A model generated the notes under the pieces. The model did no database searches. It was not told where the DNA came from and saw only the letters and a program-made list of their open reading frames with translations. From contig OX597825.1 in NCBI GenBank assembly GCA_951406725.2, positions 54,374,001-54,438,000 of the forward strand: DNA of 64,000 bases, read 5' to 3'. Made by a program: the position numbers and the translations under genes. This document shows, in pieces, positions 13,108 through 26,997 of this stretch. Numbering within the stretch: the first letter of the stretch is position 1; every line of letters starts with the position of its first letter. This stretch comes from Octopus vulgaris. Lineage: Eukaryota.

Positions 13108-14602
13108 GTATCTTGTCTGTATAATGCAAGTATAATGTGTATGTATTATGTATATATTGAGTGTATAAAGTGTGAAATACATATAAACAATACGAAATTG
13201 TATTAGTGACACATTCTAAACATACGCCCATAAGTGGTAGGAGTAGCACAGTATGAATGTACACCAATAAATTATATATTACGATGTTGCATTTTAGCTG
13301 TTTTAATATAATGAAAATGTGTGTTATACTGCGCGTGAATGTGCGTGTGTGCTTGTATGTATGTATGTATACATGTATGCATGTATGTATGAATGTATGT
13401 ATCTGTGTCGTGGTGGTGTGTATATATTGCATACGTTATCTGTGTGTGTCTGGTTGCTGCACATTTATTGCTTGGTCTTTGTAGCTTTACAGGTTTATAG
13501 AATATATTGCAAGTTTTCACATATGCACACATAAAAGATACGCATACAACACCCCCCCACATACACATGCACATAGCACATACATACACACACATACAAA
13601 CACACACATATAACCAAGAATCGAGATCACTAGACAGACACATGCACACACTCGCACGCACACTCAGATAAACAGACCGAAAGAGGGAAGGAGAGTGTAT
13701 GTGCTTTTACCTGCACATACACACAATGGCAAGAAGTATTCCTATGTATATATTATGTGCATTATGTGTATGTAGCTTTCAGTGCCTAGCTATAATTATT
13801 AGTGTATATATCTATCTTTCTGTGTGTGTTAGTATGTATATATATATATATATATATATATTGTTATATTTAACGTTGATGTCATTGACTATTTATTATC
13901 AACGGAAATTTTTCGTTTTCACCTGATCTTAGCGTCTGGTTACCGAAATAAATGTATGATTAGTTTAGCTGGTAATTATGACAATTCTGTAAAGTATCTT
14001 ACCCCAGCCCCAGTCTCCACCCATTGAGAATAGAGGATTCTATAACAATGGATAGAAGTATTTTTACAGAAGAAAATTCAGAAGAGTAATACCGTAAATG
14101 GAATTTTTGCCAAGGTGTGCAATCAGCTTCGAAATTTCTTTATGATTATTCTGTATATTTATTCATTGTTTATACACCATAAAATGTCTTATTCAGATCA
14201 GATCGAAAATTCTATCTGAACGTGTTTGCTCAAACGAAAACATAGTGAAATGTAAATAATTGAGAGTTATTTGTATTTATAGGTTACATATTGATTTCTT
14301 AGAGATGAATATGGCAACAATTTGACAATCACTCGACACAATCTTTTCTTTTAAAATGTATCTCTCTCGCGAAATCTTCTCAAAGTTTTCTAGAGATCCT
14401 TGGGATTTTGTCAAGTAATTTCTCCTTAAAAGGATAATGCGTGGTGGCTATATGAAGTGACTGTTTCCATCCGTTGGCCGATTGTCATTGGTGCATATGC
14501 AATCGCAAGTAGACATATACATACACTTGGCCCTCCAATGGTTGACTTACTGGAACATACAGGAAGGAATGGCCAGAAGGAGAGGGCTTCACCAACATTC
14601 TG

Positions 14603-14635
<33 letters not shown>

Positions 14636-15330
14636 TGTGTGTATGTGTGTGTCTGTGTGTGTGTGTGTGTGTGTGTGTCTGTGTATGTGTGTTTGTGTGT
14701 GTGTGTGTGCGTGCATGTGTGAATATACATACATATATTCGCACACAGAATAATCATCTTTATTACGTGTGATATGATATATCACGATTGTGCAAAGGCC
14801 TTTATAAGATTTGATCATAAGATACGTCACAAGCCACGGAAACTTAGCATAGTTAGAAAACTAGGAGAGTAGTTACATGTTTTTAAAGACAGAAGCTAGG
14901 CTGCGAGAAACAGGGCTATACCCATTAACTAGCAAGAATATTTTCGCTAGTATGTTATGGGAGAATTTTATTAGCTTTAATGTAATACACTTTCAAAGGG
15001 TTAGAATTATCTCTTTCCTGAATGTGTATATTTTCAGTTGATCTGCGAAATGCCCTCTTGGTGATTGAGCATTGCTGCCAAATGAGAGATTGACGTTGGT
15101 AAAGGTACGGGAAGTCACTTTTTCCCCCGCTACCGTCACAACCACCGATGAAACACTAAAATGTGTAAAACCTGAGTTCAAGTACTTGACCTTAGCTCTC
15201 ATACCAGCTACAAATACAAACTTTCATTCACTTCTCTCCCCTTTCATCACTAATATATCTATAGATACACACATATATATAGACGCTCATATATACGTAA
15301 TATATGTGTGTGTGTGTGTTTATGTGTGTG

Positions 15331-15380
<50 letters not shown>

Positions 15381-15476
15381 CATAGGTAAATATATACGCA
15401 TTACACATACACCACATACACACATACTCGCACACATATTCACATACATATTCATACATGTATATATATATATATA

Positions 15477-15620
15477 GGCGCAGCTTGGCTGTGTGGTAAG
15501 AAGGTTGCTTCCCAAACACAATGACTCCAATTTCAGTCCTACTACGTTACACATGCCCAAGAGTGTCTTTACTATAGTCTTGAGACGACCAAAGCATCGG
15601 GAGATGAAGGAAACCCCTGC

Positions 15621-15660
<40 letters not shown>

Positions 15661-15930
15661 ATGTGTGTGTGTGTGTGAGTGTGTGTGTGTGTAAATATTT
15701 ATGAATGTATTTCTGTCAGTCTGTTTTTGTACGATCGCCATCGCTTCATAACCAATGTTGGTGTGTTTACATCGCCGTAACTTAGCGGTTCCTCAAAAGA
15801 AACCGATAGAATAAGTACTAGGACTAAAAAGAATAAATCATGGGGTTTATTTCATAGACAAAACCCATTTAAGGGAGTGCTCCAGCAGGGCCGCAGTCAA
15901 AATGATTAAAACAAGTAAAAGAATAAAGGA
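15477..15930 (+). mobile_element. SINE family A
   Basis: collinear with 35285-35699; internal (TA)/(TG) microsatellite. Confidence 0.88.
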
Positions 15931-15940
15931 ATGTGTGTGT

Positions 15941-16238
15941 GTGAAGGTACGTGGCTTAGTGGTTAGAGCATTCTGTTCACGATCGTAAGTTCAATTCCCG
16001 GCAATGCGTTGTGTCCTTTTCACATTGCCCCAGTTGACTCAGCTAGCAAAAATGAGTAGTACCTGTATTTCAAAGGACCAGCCTTGTCACACTCTGTGTC
16101 ACGCTGAATCTTCCTGGGAACTACGTTAAGGGTACGCATTTTGTGAGGTGTACAACCACTTGCACGTTAATTTCACGAGCAAGCTGTTCCGTTGATCGTA
16201 TCAGCAGGGACCATCGTCGTCGCAACCGATAGAGAGCT
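15941..16238 (+). mobile_element. tRNA-headed SINE family B
   Basis: A box tggcttagtgg, B box agttcaattcc; matches 9520-9842. Confidence 0.85.
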
Positions 16239-16688
16239 CATATATATATATGTATGAGTGTGTGTGTGTGTCCGTGTGTGTGTGTGTATGCCTGTATGTA
16301 CGTGTGTATGTATGTATATATGTATGTGTGTATGTATGTATGTATGTACGTACCGTCAGTAATTATTCAGGGTAGACGGCATACAAAAATAAAAGAAACA
16401 CGGGTGTACGACTGATTTGAAGGCAGATTTACTTCTCCTTTTGTAGCACGTAAAAAAAACGGTGTCGTAGGAGTGTACGCAGCACGTGAACTGCAGCAGT
16501 ACTATGCGTAGTTTAAATACAGAGAGTTAAAAGCAGAGGCGTATTATGCCTACCTCATACACAAAAAAATTAAATATTTTGCATTTTATGCATAGTAATC
16601 AGAGTCACCTTCATAATTTTATTGAAATAGGTGCATATTTTGGCTTAAGATGGAAAATGTTGCCCTGGTATCTATCTATATATATGTT

Positions 16689-16724
<36 letters not shown>

Positions 16725-16778
16725 TATATATGCATGTATATATATATGTGTGTGTGTGTGTGTGCAGGTGTGTATTCA

Positions 16779-16837
<59 letters not shown>

Positions 16838-17779
16838 TATATAATTCAGTAGATTGATATATATGTGTATATACATCTGCGTGAGTGTGCGTGTTGTATG
16901 TGTATGTGTGTGTGTGTGTGTATGTGTGTGTGTGTGTAATTTTCCGTGTAACCAGATACACGTTTCTGTCTTTGCCAATCTAACTTCTGAACTCCCGCGT
17001 CACCCAGTGACACCGGGCATAAGGTTAAGGTTTCTATTGATATATATTTTATTTTTAATCTGCATTTTGATAACAGAAACAAGGAAACGGATAGTCATTT
17101 TCGTACAATTTTGTTTAAATCATCAACTAGGATTTAATTTAATCTAATTTTAAAATCGGTAGGACATTATCCAACATAGCTTTTGCTATTTAGTTATGTT
17201 CTACATCGTAAATTTAAATATGACCGATGTAAATTCTGGCTTATAGATTTGTGGCATTTCGATACACTAAGCATAAGTGAAATATTAGGGTCACTCTAAT
17301 CGATTACTTCCACCCATCAAAATTTCTAGCCACGTGCATAACTCAGAAATCAATACATAATTTATTTGCAATATCAACGTATTTACAAGAAAACTTTATT
17401 GGTTATCAGAAAATAATTATCTTCTATCCCTTGGTACAGAATGTTTGAGACGATAATGTAATTTACACGGAATATAATAAATGTTTTCATATGGCAATGA
17501 ACATAACAATAACCTATCTAAATTATCTCATAGATTTTCAACAAGTTTATATTTCCTTCATTAATTTCTCTTATTTATTTCTGATGGCCGGAGAAAGCGA
17601 ACTAGTTGGGTACTCGCACTTTACTATAGATACCTTCATTTACAATTTTTTGTTCAAATCTCGCGGAAATCGAATCAGCTTTTCATCCAATAAGCTTCGA
17701 TAAAATAATACCCCAGTCACAGATCTGTGATCTCCCTCATATTCTGAACTCTTATAACTGGAAATGAGAATCATATGGT

Positions 17780-17960
17780 GGGTGGGGTTGCTGAAAAGTT
17801 AGTGGTTTGGGGTAAAAGAAGATATAGGCGGATCAGTTAATTACGATTTTGTTCAATATATCCACCTTTCAGGTTCACACACTTATTACAGCGATCCTTC
17901 AGCTTTCTAAGCCTTGTAAAAGAACTCAGAACTTTTTGGTCTCCCACCAGACCTTTCGCA
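17780..17960 (-). mobile_element. mariner transposase C-terminal relic plus probable TIR
   Basis: LRKLKDRCNKCVNLKGGYIEQ resembles the mariner end (I..L..RW.KC+...G.Y+E); TIR-like ggggtttgctgaaaagtt. Confidence 0.65.
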
Positions 17961-18887
17961 ATATCCTTAAAGCCATGAACTTTCCAGAACCAACCTCGTA
18001 AATTTTGATGACGTAGCAAATAGTGCACTTCCTGATGACGTGGTAAATAGTGAAGTAGCATTTTCTCAGGTTTAGTTGTCAGTAACTTCCCATAGTAACT
18101 TCAGTGTGTTCTTGAAGCCTTAGATAAAAACAAATCTTCTGATGTCGTGTTAAACAGAGTGAAGTAACGTTTACATACTTCAGTAGTCAGTAACGATTCA
18201 CAAAATGTGTGCACTGGTGAGTATAGATAAAAATGCAATTTATTATGATGTGCAAATAAAGCAGGTTTAGTTGTTAATAACTCACAAAAATGTGTTGTTC
18301 TAGTTATAGATAAAAGGCACAGTTTGTAATGACGTGTCAAAGGAAGTTTCGTAACATATTCACACAGCTTCTTCATTCTATTCTTGTCAGCAAGTTTACA
18401 TTCAGTTTCAGAAAGGAAAATCGTTTTGACATTCATCATCCCAAGTTTGATGCAAGAAATACTGGTGTTATACAAGGACGGATTTTATCAAATATTCTCA
18501 GTCGCTTTACAAAAATGGGGTCATACACCGATTGAGGAAGCATTTGTTTCCAAGAAGGTCGGAAACCATAAGATCTCGATCGGTAAAAGTATGCTTCGGA
18601 TTACTTGTAAAGAAATATGCCAGCCATTGTTGCTGTCATTAAAAGGGCACACATTATAAGAACATCATGCTGCTCCTGCCTCGGGGTTAATACGGTAATA
18701 CGAAAGCTCTATGAACCATTCTGCTAATTCCACTATACTTCAATGCTTATGTGTCTCACTTGAACACACAAATAGAACGTACATAATCAAAATCAACACA
18801 AGTCTCATTACACACGCGGCCGCACACGCATACACACATATGAGTGCGAGCACGTATCGTATATATGCATGTGCATATGATTATGTG

Positions 18888-18924
<37 letters not shown>

Positions 18925-18930
<6 letters not shown>

Positions 18931-19108
18931 TTTTATTTGCTTCAGTCATTTGACGGTTACCATGCTGGTGCACCGCCATTAGTCGAGCAAATTCACCCCA
19001 GGACTTACTATTTTTAAGCCTAGTACTTATTCTATCGGTTTTTTGCCGAACCGCTAAGTTAAGGGACGTAAACACACCAGCATTGGTTGTCAAGTGATGT
19101 TGGGGGAA
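18925..19108 (-). mobile_element. SINE family A, 3' half
   Basis: reverse complement of 35520-35690. Confidence 0.85.
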
Positions 19109-19355
19109 CATATATGTTAAGAGAACATATGTTAGGGGAACACATATATATATATATATATATATATATGGTGTGTGTAGATATGATATTTCTTGTTGCA
19201 CTTGTTTTTACTGCTATTCATATCATTTACGGACATACAGAAGACGGTTATTGTTTACCAAAATATAGTAGACAGAAAGCCAACGCTGCAAGAATTAAAA
19301 CGTAGCTTGATATCTCAAATACAGGCAAACAATTAGTTTGATTGGATAAAAATAT

Positions 19356-19413
<58 letters not shown>

Positions 19414-19478
19414 ACTTGCCTCCCAGCTGCAAATCTTTTTTACCTACATTTTTCTTATTTCACACACGAGCACACGCA

Positions 19479-19531
<53 letters not shown>

Positions 19532-19685
19532 ACACTCACAGATAAACACACACAAACATACACATACATATACACAGATCTATATATATAAAACCAATGA
19601 CTTCACCCCTGGAATTTTCACCGCGTGCCGCCGTTTATTAAATACGTCCATTCTAAGCATTTATGTCTGTCTGTGTGTATGTATG

Positions 19686-19737
<52 letters not shown>

Positions 19738-20247
19738 TATATGTATCTGTATGTATGTATGTATGTATGTATGTAGGTATGTATGTAGGTATGTATGTAT
19801 ATGTGTATGTATGTATGTGTAAGTGTATGTCTGTATATTTATATTAATTTCTTTGTTGGGAGGTTACTAATTTCTCCAATTCATAAATGGCATTTCTGTA
19901 TTGTCGTCGTCGATTAACCCCAGGTGAATTTAGGTGAAGGAGAACATTCCATCTTAAACTCATGTGGGGTGAACCCTGAACTACTTTCTACTACGAGTTG
20001 TTCTATAAAATGTTACGGTGTATGTTCATGCGGTTAGGCTAGTAATTCTATTAGGCTTGCTGACAATGTTGAGATTCACCGATATATATCCCAATGCGAT
20101 ATGCAAATAAGCAAAACTATATTTATGCGTGTGTAAATTTCTTGCGCAATGTCAGTACAGCAGAATAAGCTATATACTGACCACATGATCAGAAAATTTC
20201 AAATAGGCCATTGGAACACCTGAAATGGAATAACGTACTACAATGCA

Positions 20248-20381
20248 ACATATATTTCCTTCCCAGATACACTGTAACATATATTTCCTTGCCAGATACA
20301 CTGTAATATATATTTCCTTGCCAGATACACTGTAATATATATTTCCTTGCCAGATACACTGTAAGATATATTTCCTTCCCA
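20248..20381. repeat. minisatellite, 29-bp unit x ~4.5
   Basis: atatatttccttgccagatacactgtaat repeated head-to-tail without spacers. Confidence 0.95.
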
Positions 20382-20610
20382 AGACATACAGAAATAATGA
20401 AACATTTACATAGAAAGCGTGTCTATATATCACCCTTTCAATTTTAGTGTGAGAGTTATACAGATAATTTTTCGGACTTTCTTTAAGTATATGTGTGTGT
20501 GTGTATGTGTGAGCATGGGCGCATGCGCGTGAGTGCACGTGTGTGTGTGAGTGTGTGTGTGTACTATATGTATTTATAAATTTATGTATATATTTGTGAG
20601 AAGAGTTTAT

Positions 20611-20910
20611 GGACGGAAACTCAAAGAAGCCCGATGTATATGTGTGTGTACATGTGTGTGTGAGTCTGTGTGTATTTATGTTTGTGTGTGCGTCTGTGTT
20701 ACCCCCCAACCACCACGTGGCAACCGACGCTGATGTGCTTAGGTCTTTGTAACATAGCAGTTTGGCAAAAGAAACCGATAGAATAAGTATTAGGCTTACA
20801 AAGAATAAGTCCTGGGATGAATTTTTTCGGCTAAAATCCCTTTAAGGCGGTGCTCCTGCGTGGCCGCAGTCAAATGACTGAAACAAGTAAAAGAATTAAA
20901 AAGTAAAAGA
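20611..20910 (+). mobile_element. SINE family A, 3' part
   Basis: gacggaaact...ccgatagaataagta...ggccgcagtcaaatgactgaaacaagtaaaaga. Confidence 0.85.
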
Positions 20911-22114
20911 ATATAGACAAGTACAAATAGATAGCCAGGTGTATTTATATACGGGTGTGTGAGTGTGTGTGTGTGTGTGTGTGTGTTCATATTGCTTATT
21001 TTGCGGTACAACATCCGTAATTGCTGAAAAATTCATCATATTGGAAAGATGTGCACATCCAGTTTGGTTAATTTATGCGAGATACCAGATAAACAGATTT
21101 TACAGTCTCGATGCATGTTTTACTACGAACAGCCTGACAACAGCGCATGAAATTCTGTTAGGACAAATCATATGACTCCAGGAATGTCACATGAATTCCA
21201 TTTATGTCTACAGTCAGTCAATTGAAAGAAACAACATATTTGATTGTGCAATTTATATTTATTGAATGCAAATAATTACGGATACAGAGGTATATATGTG
21301 CGTGCGCCGGTGTATGAAGAAATACTAGTGACATTCAATGATAAAATAAGAAAAAAAATATTCCCCGATGTTCCGCTAGACTGAAATTATCGCCATCTTT
21401 AATTAAACTTCATAAATTATTTTATTAGTAAGTCACTTCATAAAATATTTTGCTAGTAAGTGACTTTTGTTAGTATTTACTGAACAATGAAACATGATAT
21501 ACATCATTTCAAACCACTAGGAATGTAAATAATTTTGTCATAAGTAAACAGAAATGAAATTAAATATGTAATTTTTATACATCTTTTAAAATTCTAATTA
21601 CTTAATTTCAATTTCAAAATTCCTTAATTTCTCTCTCCCCTTCCCTCACTAAAACAGCACACACACACACACATCAAACGTTACATTTCTCTCTCAAAAT
21701 ACCGAAACAAGAATAAAAGAACGCATACATATATGTATGTATATTCATGTTTCAGTTATTTAATACCATGAGCATCCTCTCTGTCTGGCTCTCTCTCTCT
21801 CTCTCTCTCTCTCATTCTGTCTCTATCTATCTCTCTTTCTGTCTGTATCTCTCTATCAGTTTATTTTCCATCTTTCTTTCTCCTTCTTAACCCTCTCTCA
21901 CTTTCTTGCTTCCTTATTTCTCTCTCTTTCTTTCTCACTCTCTTTTTCCCTCTCCATTCTATCTTTCCTTTTCCTTTCTCTCTTTGTCTTTCTTTCTTTC
22001 TTTCACCCTCCCTCTGTCTGTCTCTCTCTCTCTCTCTCTCTTTATGTCTCGCTCCTTCCGTCGTCTATCGCGCTCTCTTCCTGTCTCTCTTTGTCTCTCA
22101 TTCTTTCTCTTTTT

Positions 22115-22157
<43 letters not shown>

Positions 22158-22213
22158 AATCACTCTCTGTTAATCTCTTTCTTTCACTTTCTGTCTCTTT
22201 CTATCACTGTCAC

Positions 22214-22280
<67 letters not shown>

Positions 22281-23767
22281 GTAATAAACAGACGGAACTT
22301 AATGTATAAAAATGATCTCTTCCCTACTTCAATTATTACATGTTTTTCTCTTATAAAAGTATTATATTATTGCCATTACTGTATAGATAAATAAAATAAC
22401 ACATACAGCTCATTTATTATTGTCATATTATAAACAAACACAAGATCATGTATGATATTGATCTTTCTTCTACTTCAATTATTACATGGTTTTTTTCTTC
22501 TAAAAATACACACATACAGGAGGGGTAAATTATACATATAATAATACTGTTAATGTGGCTCCCGATAAACAGTAAAAGTAATTACCCGAACAACAATGAG
22601 TTTTACTGCTAGTATATATATATATACATGTCAATTCTCTTTGCTTGACATATATACACATGATATATAATCCTACAAGCAGAATTGAAAAGTTGCTCCT
22701 TATGCTGTTTGAAGTTTTGTACTTTTAGATGAACGTCCAGTCACCTCGGAGTTTGTGAGAAGCCGAACGTGATTTCACATCCACAGAAATTCATATTTAA
22801 ATATCATAAGGGGTAAAGTCAGCTTGTTACTCACTAATTCTATTTCCAACAACATGTGGTGAGTTTGTTCACTCACTTGCATATGTGTATGTGTGTGAGT
22901 GGTGTCACTGTATGTGCGTGCGTATATACAATTGCAAGAATTAGTATTAATCGAGTAAGGCGTCCAGCATGTGATCTTGCTGAACTCATACAATTAGGAA
23001 TATTATAACCGTTTGGAAGGTGGAGTATATACATTTATAACTGGTCTTAGAGCGTTGTTATAGTAACGAGCATTCTGGTTGAAGATGTCTATATTAACTG
23101 ACATCATGCGGATACAGTAGGAGACCCAGTTTGTCAAGAAAGGTATAACAGTGCTAGGATCATTCGAAAGTCGATTAACATATGTATATGCCCGTTTGGT
23201 TTAGGGAAAGGCTTGAAAATACATGTGTTGTGTTCTAGAGTAGTATCTAGGAAGTTAGCTATTTTACAGATTTCATTAAAAATAACAGACAAACCTCTAT
23301 TTTTATAGTGCTTTTAAGTTTTATCTTAATTCTCTCGTGGGTAGCATAATTATAATTTCAGATTATGAACAACGTGTGGACCCTATACAGACCACCTTCC
23401 CGCCACTGACATTCATCTTTAATATAGTATAGCAAGGCTATTCCCACAAAACATGTGAATTATGTAGTCATTAGATCCCATGGTGTTATCGAAGTTATTT
23501 TGTCTGGTTCTTCTCTAAAGCTTACCGTTAAACTTAGTAATAGTTCCTCAAACCGCAGGTATAATGTCTACGTCGTTTTCCTGAGATATTAGCGTTTTAG
23601 GTCTGCACTTTATTTAGAATTAAAGAGGGGAGAAAAAGTAGTGGCTATCAATATGGAACTGCTGAAAATTAACAAGGACCTTATCATTGATATTCAGAAA
23701 CCATCTAATTACTTTTGACTATAAGTCAAGCGAGATTTTCGTTCTGAGCTGAGGGATAAATCTATCT

Positions 23768-24069
23768 GTGGAGGCACATGGCCTAGTGGTTAGAGCAGCG
23801 GACTCGCGGTCGAGGGATCGCGGGTTCGAATCACAGACCGGGCGATGTGTGTGTTTATGAGCGAAACACCTAAGCGCCACGCGTCTCCTGCAGAAGGCAA
23901 TAGCGAACTTCTGCTGACTCTTTCGCCACAGCTTTCTCTCACTCTATCTTCCTGCATCTTGCAGCTCACCTTCGACGGACCGGCGTCCCGTCCAGGTGGG
24001 GAACCTATACGCCAAGGAAACAGGGAAACCGGCCTTTATGAGCCAGGCATGGCTCGAGAAGGAACAAAC
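23768..24069 (+). mobile_element. tRNA-derived SINE family C, well preserved
   Basis: A box tggcctagtgg (23779-23789), B box ggttcgaatc (23823-23832), followed by a ~220-bp GC-rich non-tRNA body; no closed acceptor stem. Confidence 0.82.
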
Positions 24070-24864
24070 ATATATATAAATCTATCTATATTTTGCTCTC
24101 TAATTACAAACTTAGAAAGACAGATTCGCCCTACAGAGGGTTTACTTGCAAAAAAAGGGTTTATGGTCCTTCAAGTTAAATCTGGGTTATCTTGCTAGGG
24201 TCGGTTTTCTGCTATCTTCCAAGCTTAGGAATTTGTCATTAGTGTGTCCTTAGTTTTTAATTTTCATTAAATCTGAGTTAGACGCGTTTCTGTACTCCTG
24301 ATATGGAAAAATACAAAGGAAAAAATAAATATTAGTCAATGTCTGAAATTAATTATCATGTTTTCACCAAAAAAGAAATACAACGCTAGTTATGTTTCTC
24401 TCTCATTCTTACACCATTAGGCAAAACATAACTGCCAGCGTACGGAATTGGCTATAAAAATATGTCGTATTTACATGTGTATTATTGTATGTCTGTTGTC
24501 ATATCAATAAGTGTTTTGATTAAACCATAAATATTTCACAATCGCTCTAATGGTGAAAAACTGTAATTAATTTATCAATATTAAATTATTTACATCATGG
24601 AACGGTTAACATGTGAGTAAAAGTAATTAAGTGGTCAGAATAAACAATAATGGATAAAGACTAATATTGTTATAATTTCAAATTGCTATTATAATTAACA
24701 ATATAGTACATGTCCCCGATTAATTCAATCTCTTGTCAAGAATGAAATTATAGAAGTAGGTATGGATTATTCGTAATAACGCTTAATCCCATTATGTGCG
24801 TTATCTGCGTTTTACCTGCACGTCTTAACTGCATGTAATTTCGGCTGGACTTATAATAATAATC

Positions 24865-24874
24865 ATCATCATCA

Positions 24875-24961
<87 letters not shown>

Positions 24962-25085
24962 TTATTATTTTTTTTTTTCTTCTTTCAAATTTGCTTCCAT
25001 TTCTTGCCGAGTGTCTTCCCGACTCCTAGGGCAAAGAAACTCATAGTATACATTGGTAGGCCATTAAACCAAACTCAATTTATTA

Positions 25086-25174
<89 letters not shown>

Positions 25175-25208
25175 CATTATTATTATTATCATTATTATTA
25201 TTATTATT

Positions 25209-25291
<83 letters not shown>
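24865..25291. repeat. (TTA)n/(TCA)n tracts enclosing a ~100-bp unique insert (24978-25080)
   Basis: direct reading; the insert read on minus ends in A-rich sequence plus (TAA)n, like a LINE 3' end. Confidence 0.85.
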
Positions 25292-25293
<2 letters not shown>

Positions 25294-26666
25294 AGTGGTG
25301 AACTGGCAGAATCTATCTACCAAATTACATAACTTCAGAGTAATGATCCGCTTACTTATTGAAGTGGAAGTGTTTACTCATTTGTTACAGCAAGTTTTTC
25401 AATTGTTACGTGTTTATCAAGAAGCTTTTTGGGTTTCTATCACATTCATACATTGGACGAATCCAATGATTTCCGGTGTCTCATTTGTATAGCTGGCGCC
25501 TTTATATGTATGCATATATATGAGTATGTATGTGTGCATGTATCTTTTATCTTTTATTTATTTCAATCATTTGACTGCAGCCATACTGGGGCACCGATTT
25601 ATATATATATGTATGTATATGCATGTATATGTATGTATGCATACATGTATTCATCTACACGTCTATATTTGTGTGAAATTAAATACCTAAACATACATTA
25701 AATTGAAGTATCACTTAGTAGTTTTCAGTAGGCTAGCGCACTCATACCTGAACTCTTAAACAAGTAACTCATACCTACATCTTTTAGATCACAATAGCTA
25801 ATAATGAATGACTAGCGGCATGTAGATATGAAGGCCTGAGATTATTGCAAATGAACACTTATTGCCGTTCGTTATTTCTTTTAAAGTCTGAATCTGTCTT
25901 CCCCATCAATGACCTGGGAATTGTCTGTACAAACAAGCTCTTTAGAAATCTCACCGGAACTCACAACCAATTACTGTGACTGCGCAACTGTTGTATTATA
26001 TACACATGCACAGATACTCGCACGCACACATACGAACGCACGTGCGCACGCGCACACATCTCCTCATCGAGAAAAGCCTCGTTCGGCTGACTAGCATGGA
26101 TTTAATCAGAAGTTCTACCACACATATGTGCTCTCATTCCTCTCCTTTTATCAACAACACATCAGCATATGCACTTTGTTGATAGTAAGTTCTAGTCTTT
26201 TTGTCGCATCCTCAAACTCTCGAAGTACTTGCCACTCCCATTCGCAATAAATACACATATGCACACACACGTTTCCATGCATATATATATATATATATAC
26301 ACATGTACACAATGTAGGCCAAGTATCACGCACAAAATAAGCTCCGGAATTACAAAAGGCATCCCTCAATTTTTCTAAAATTGAATAAAATAATGATGAA
26401 TACACTCGTACTTTTACATGATGAACCAAATATATAATAATAACAATAAAGCCATATGTATATGTGTGTATGTCTACATGTATGTATATGTATTCTTACA
26501 TAAACTATGGCAGTATAAGCTCTTGCGCGCTGCGCGCACGTGCGTATATGTGGTCAACAGAGACATTCACCCTTTCGGAATACATAATCCCATGTATTTG
26601 CGTTAGAAAATTGTATTGTTCAATATCACCTATCTACATATCAAACTATCTATGTGTGTGTGACTG

Positions 26667-26729
<63 letters not shown>

Positions 26730-26960
26730 CACAGTGTGGGGCAAATATCGCGCACAAAATAAGTTCAATACGCTCCGGAATTATGAAAGGCATCCCTCAA
26801 TTTTTTAAAAATTTACTAAAATACTTGTACATGATGAACAAAATGTATAATAATAACAATAACAATCAGAATTATCATCATCATCATCATTATTATTATC
26901 ATTATAACGTAATATGGATAAAATATCACTTGTTTCCGTGAGTGACTTTTGCCCTGTATG

Positions 26961-26997
<37 letters not shown>

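Noticed and set aside
14993-15210. Possible minus-strand exon (tttgtag acceptor, ORF MRAKVKYLNSG...)
   Set aside because: No recognisable homology, no good donor and no partner exons; RNA-seq would be needed
18415-18710. Possible mariner catalytic-domain relic on plus strand
   Set aside because: Only faint similarity; no intact motif
19232-19275. cagaaga-cggt...acca-aaa hammerhead-like trace
   Set aside because: Both core segments are mutated and stem I is absent
20248-20381. CRISPR-like array
   Set aside because: Contiguous units, no unique spacers, no cas genes, eukaryotic context
23768-23845. tRNA gene
   Set aside because: A/B boxes present, but it runs into a long SINE body and lacks a closed acceptor stem
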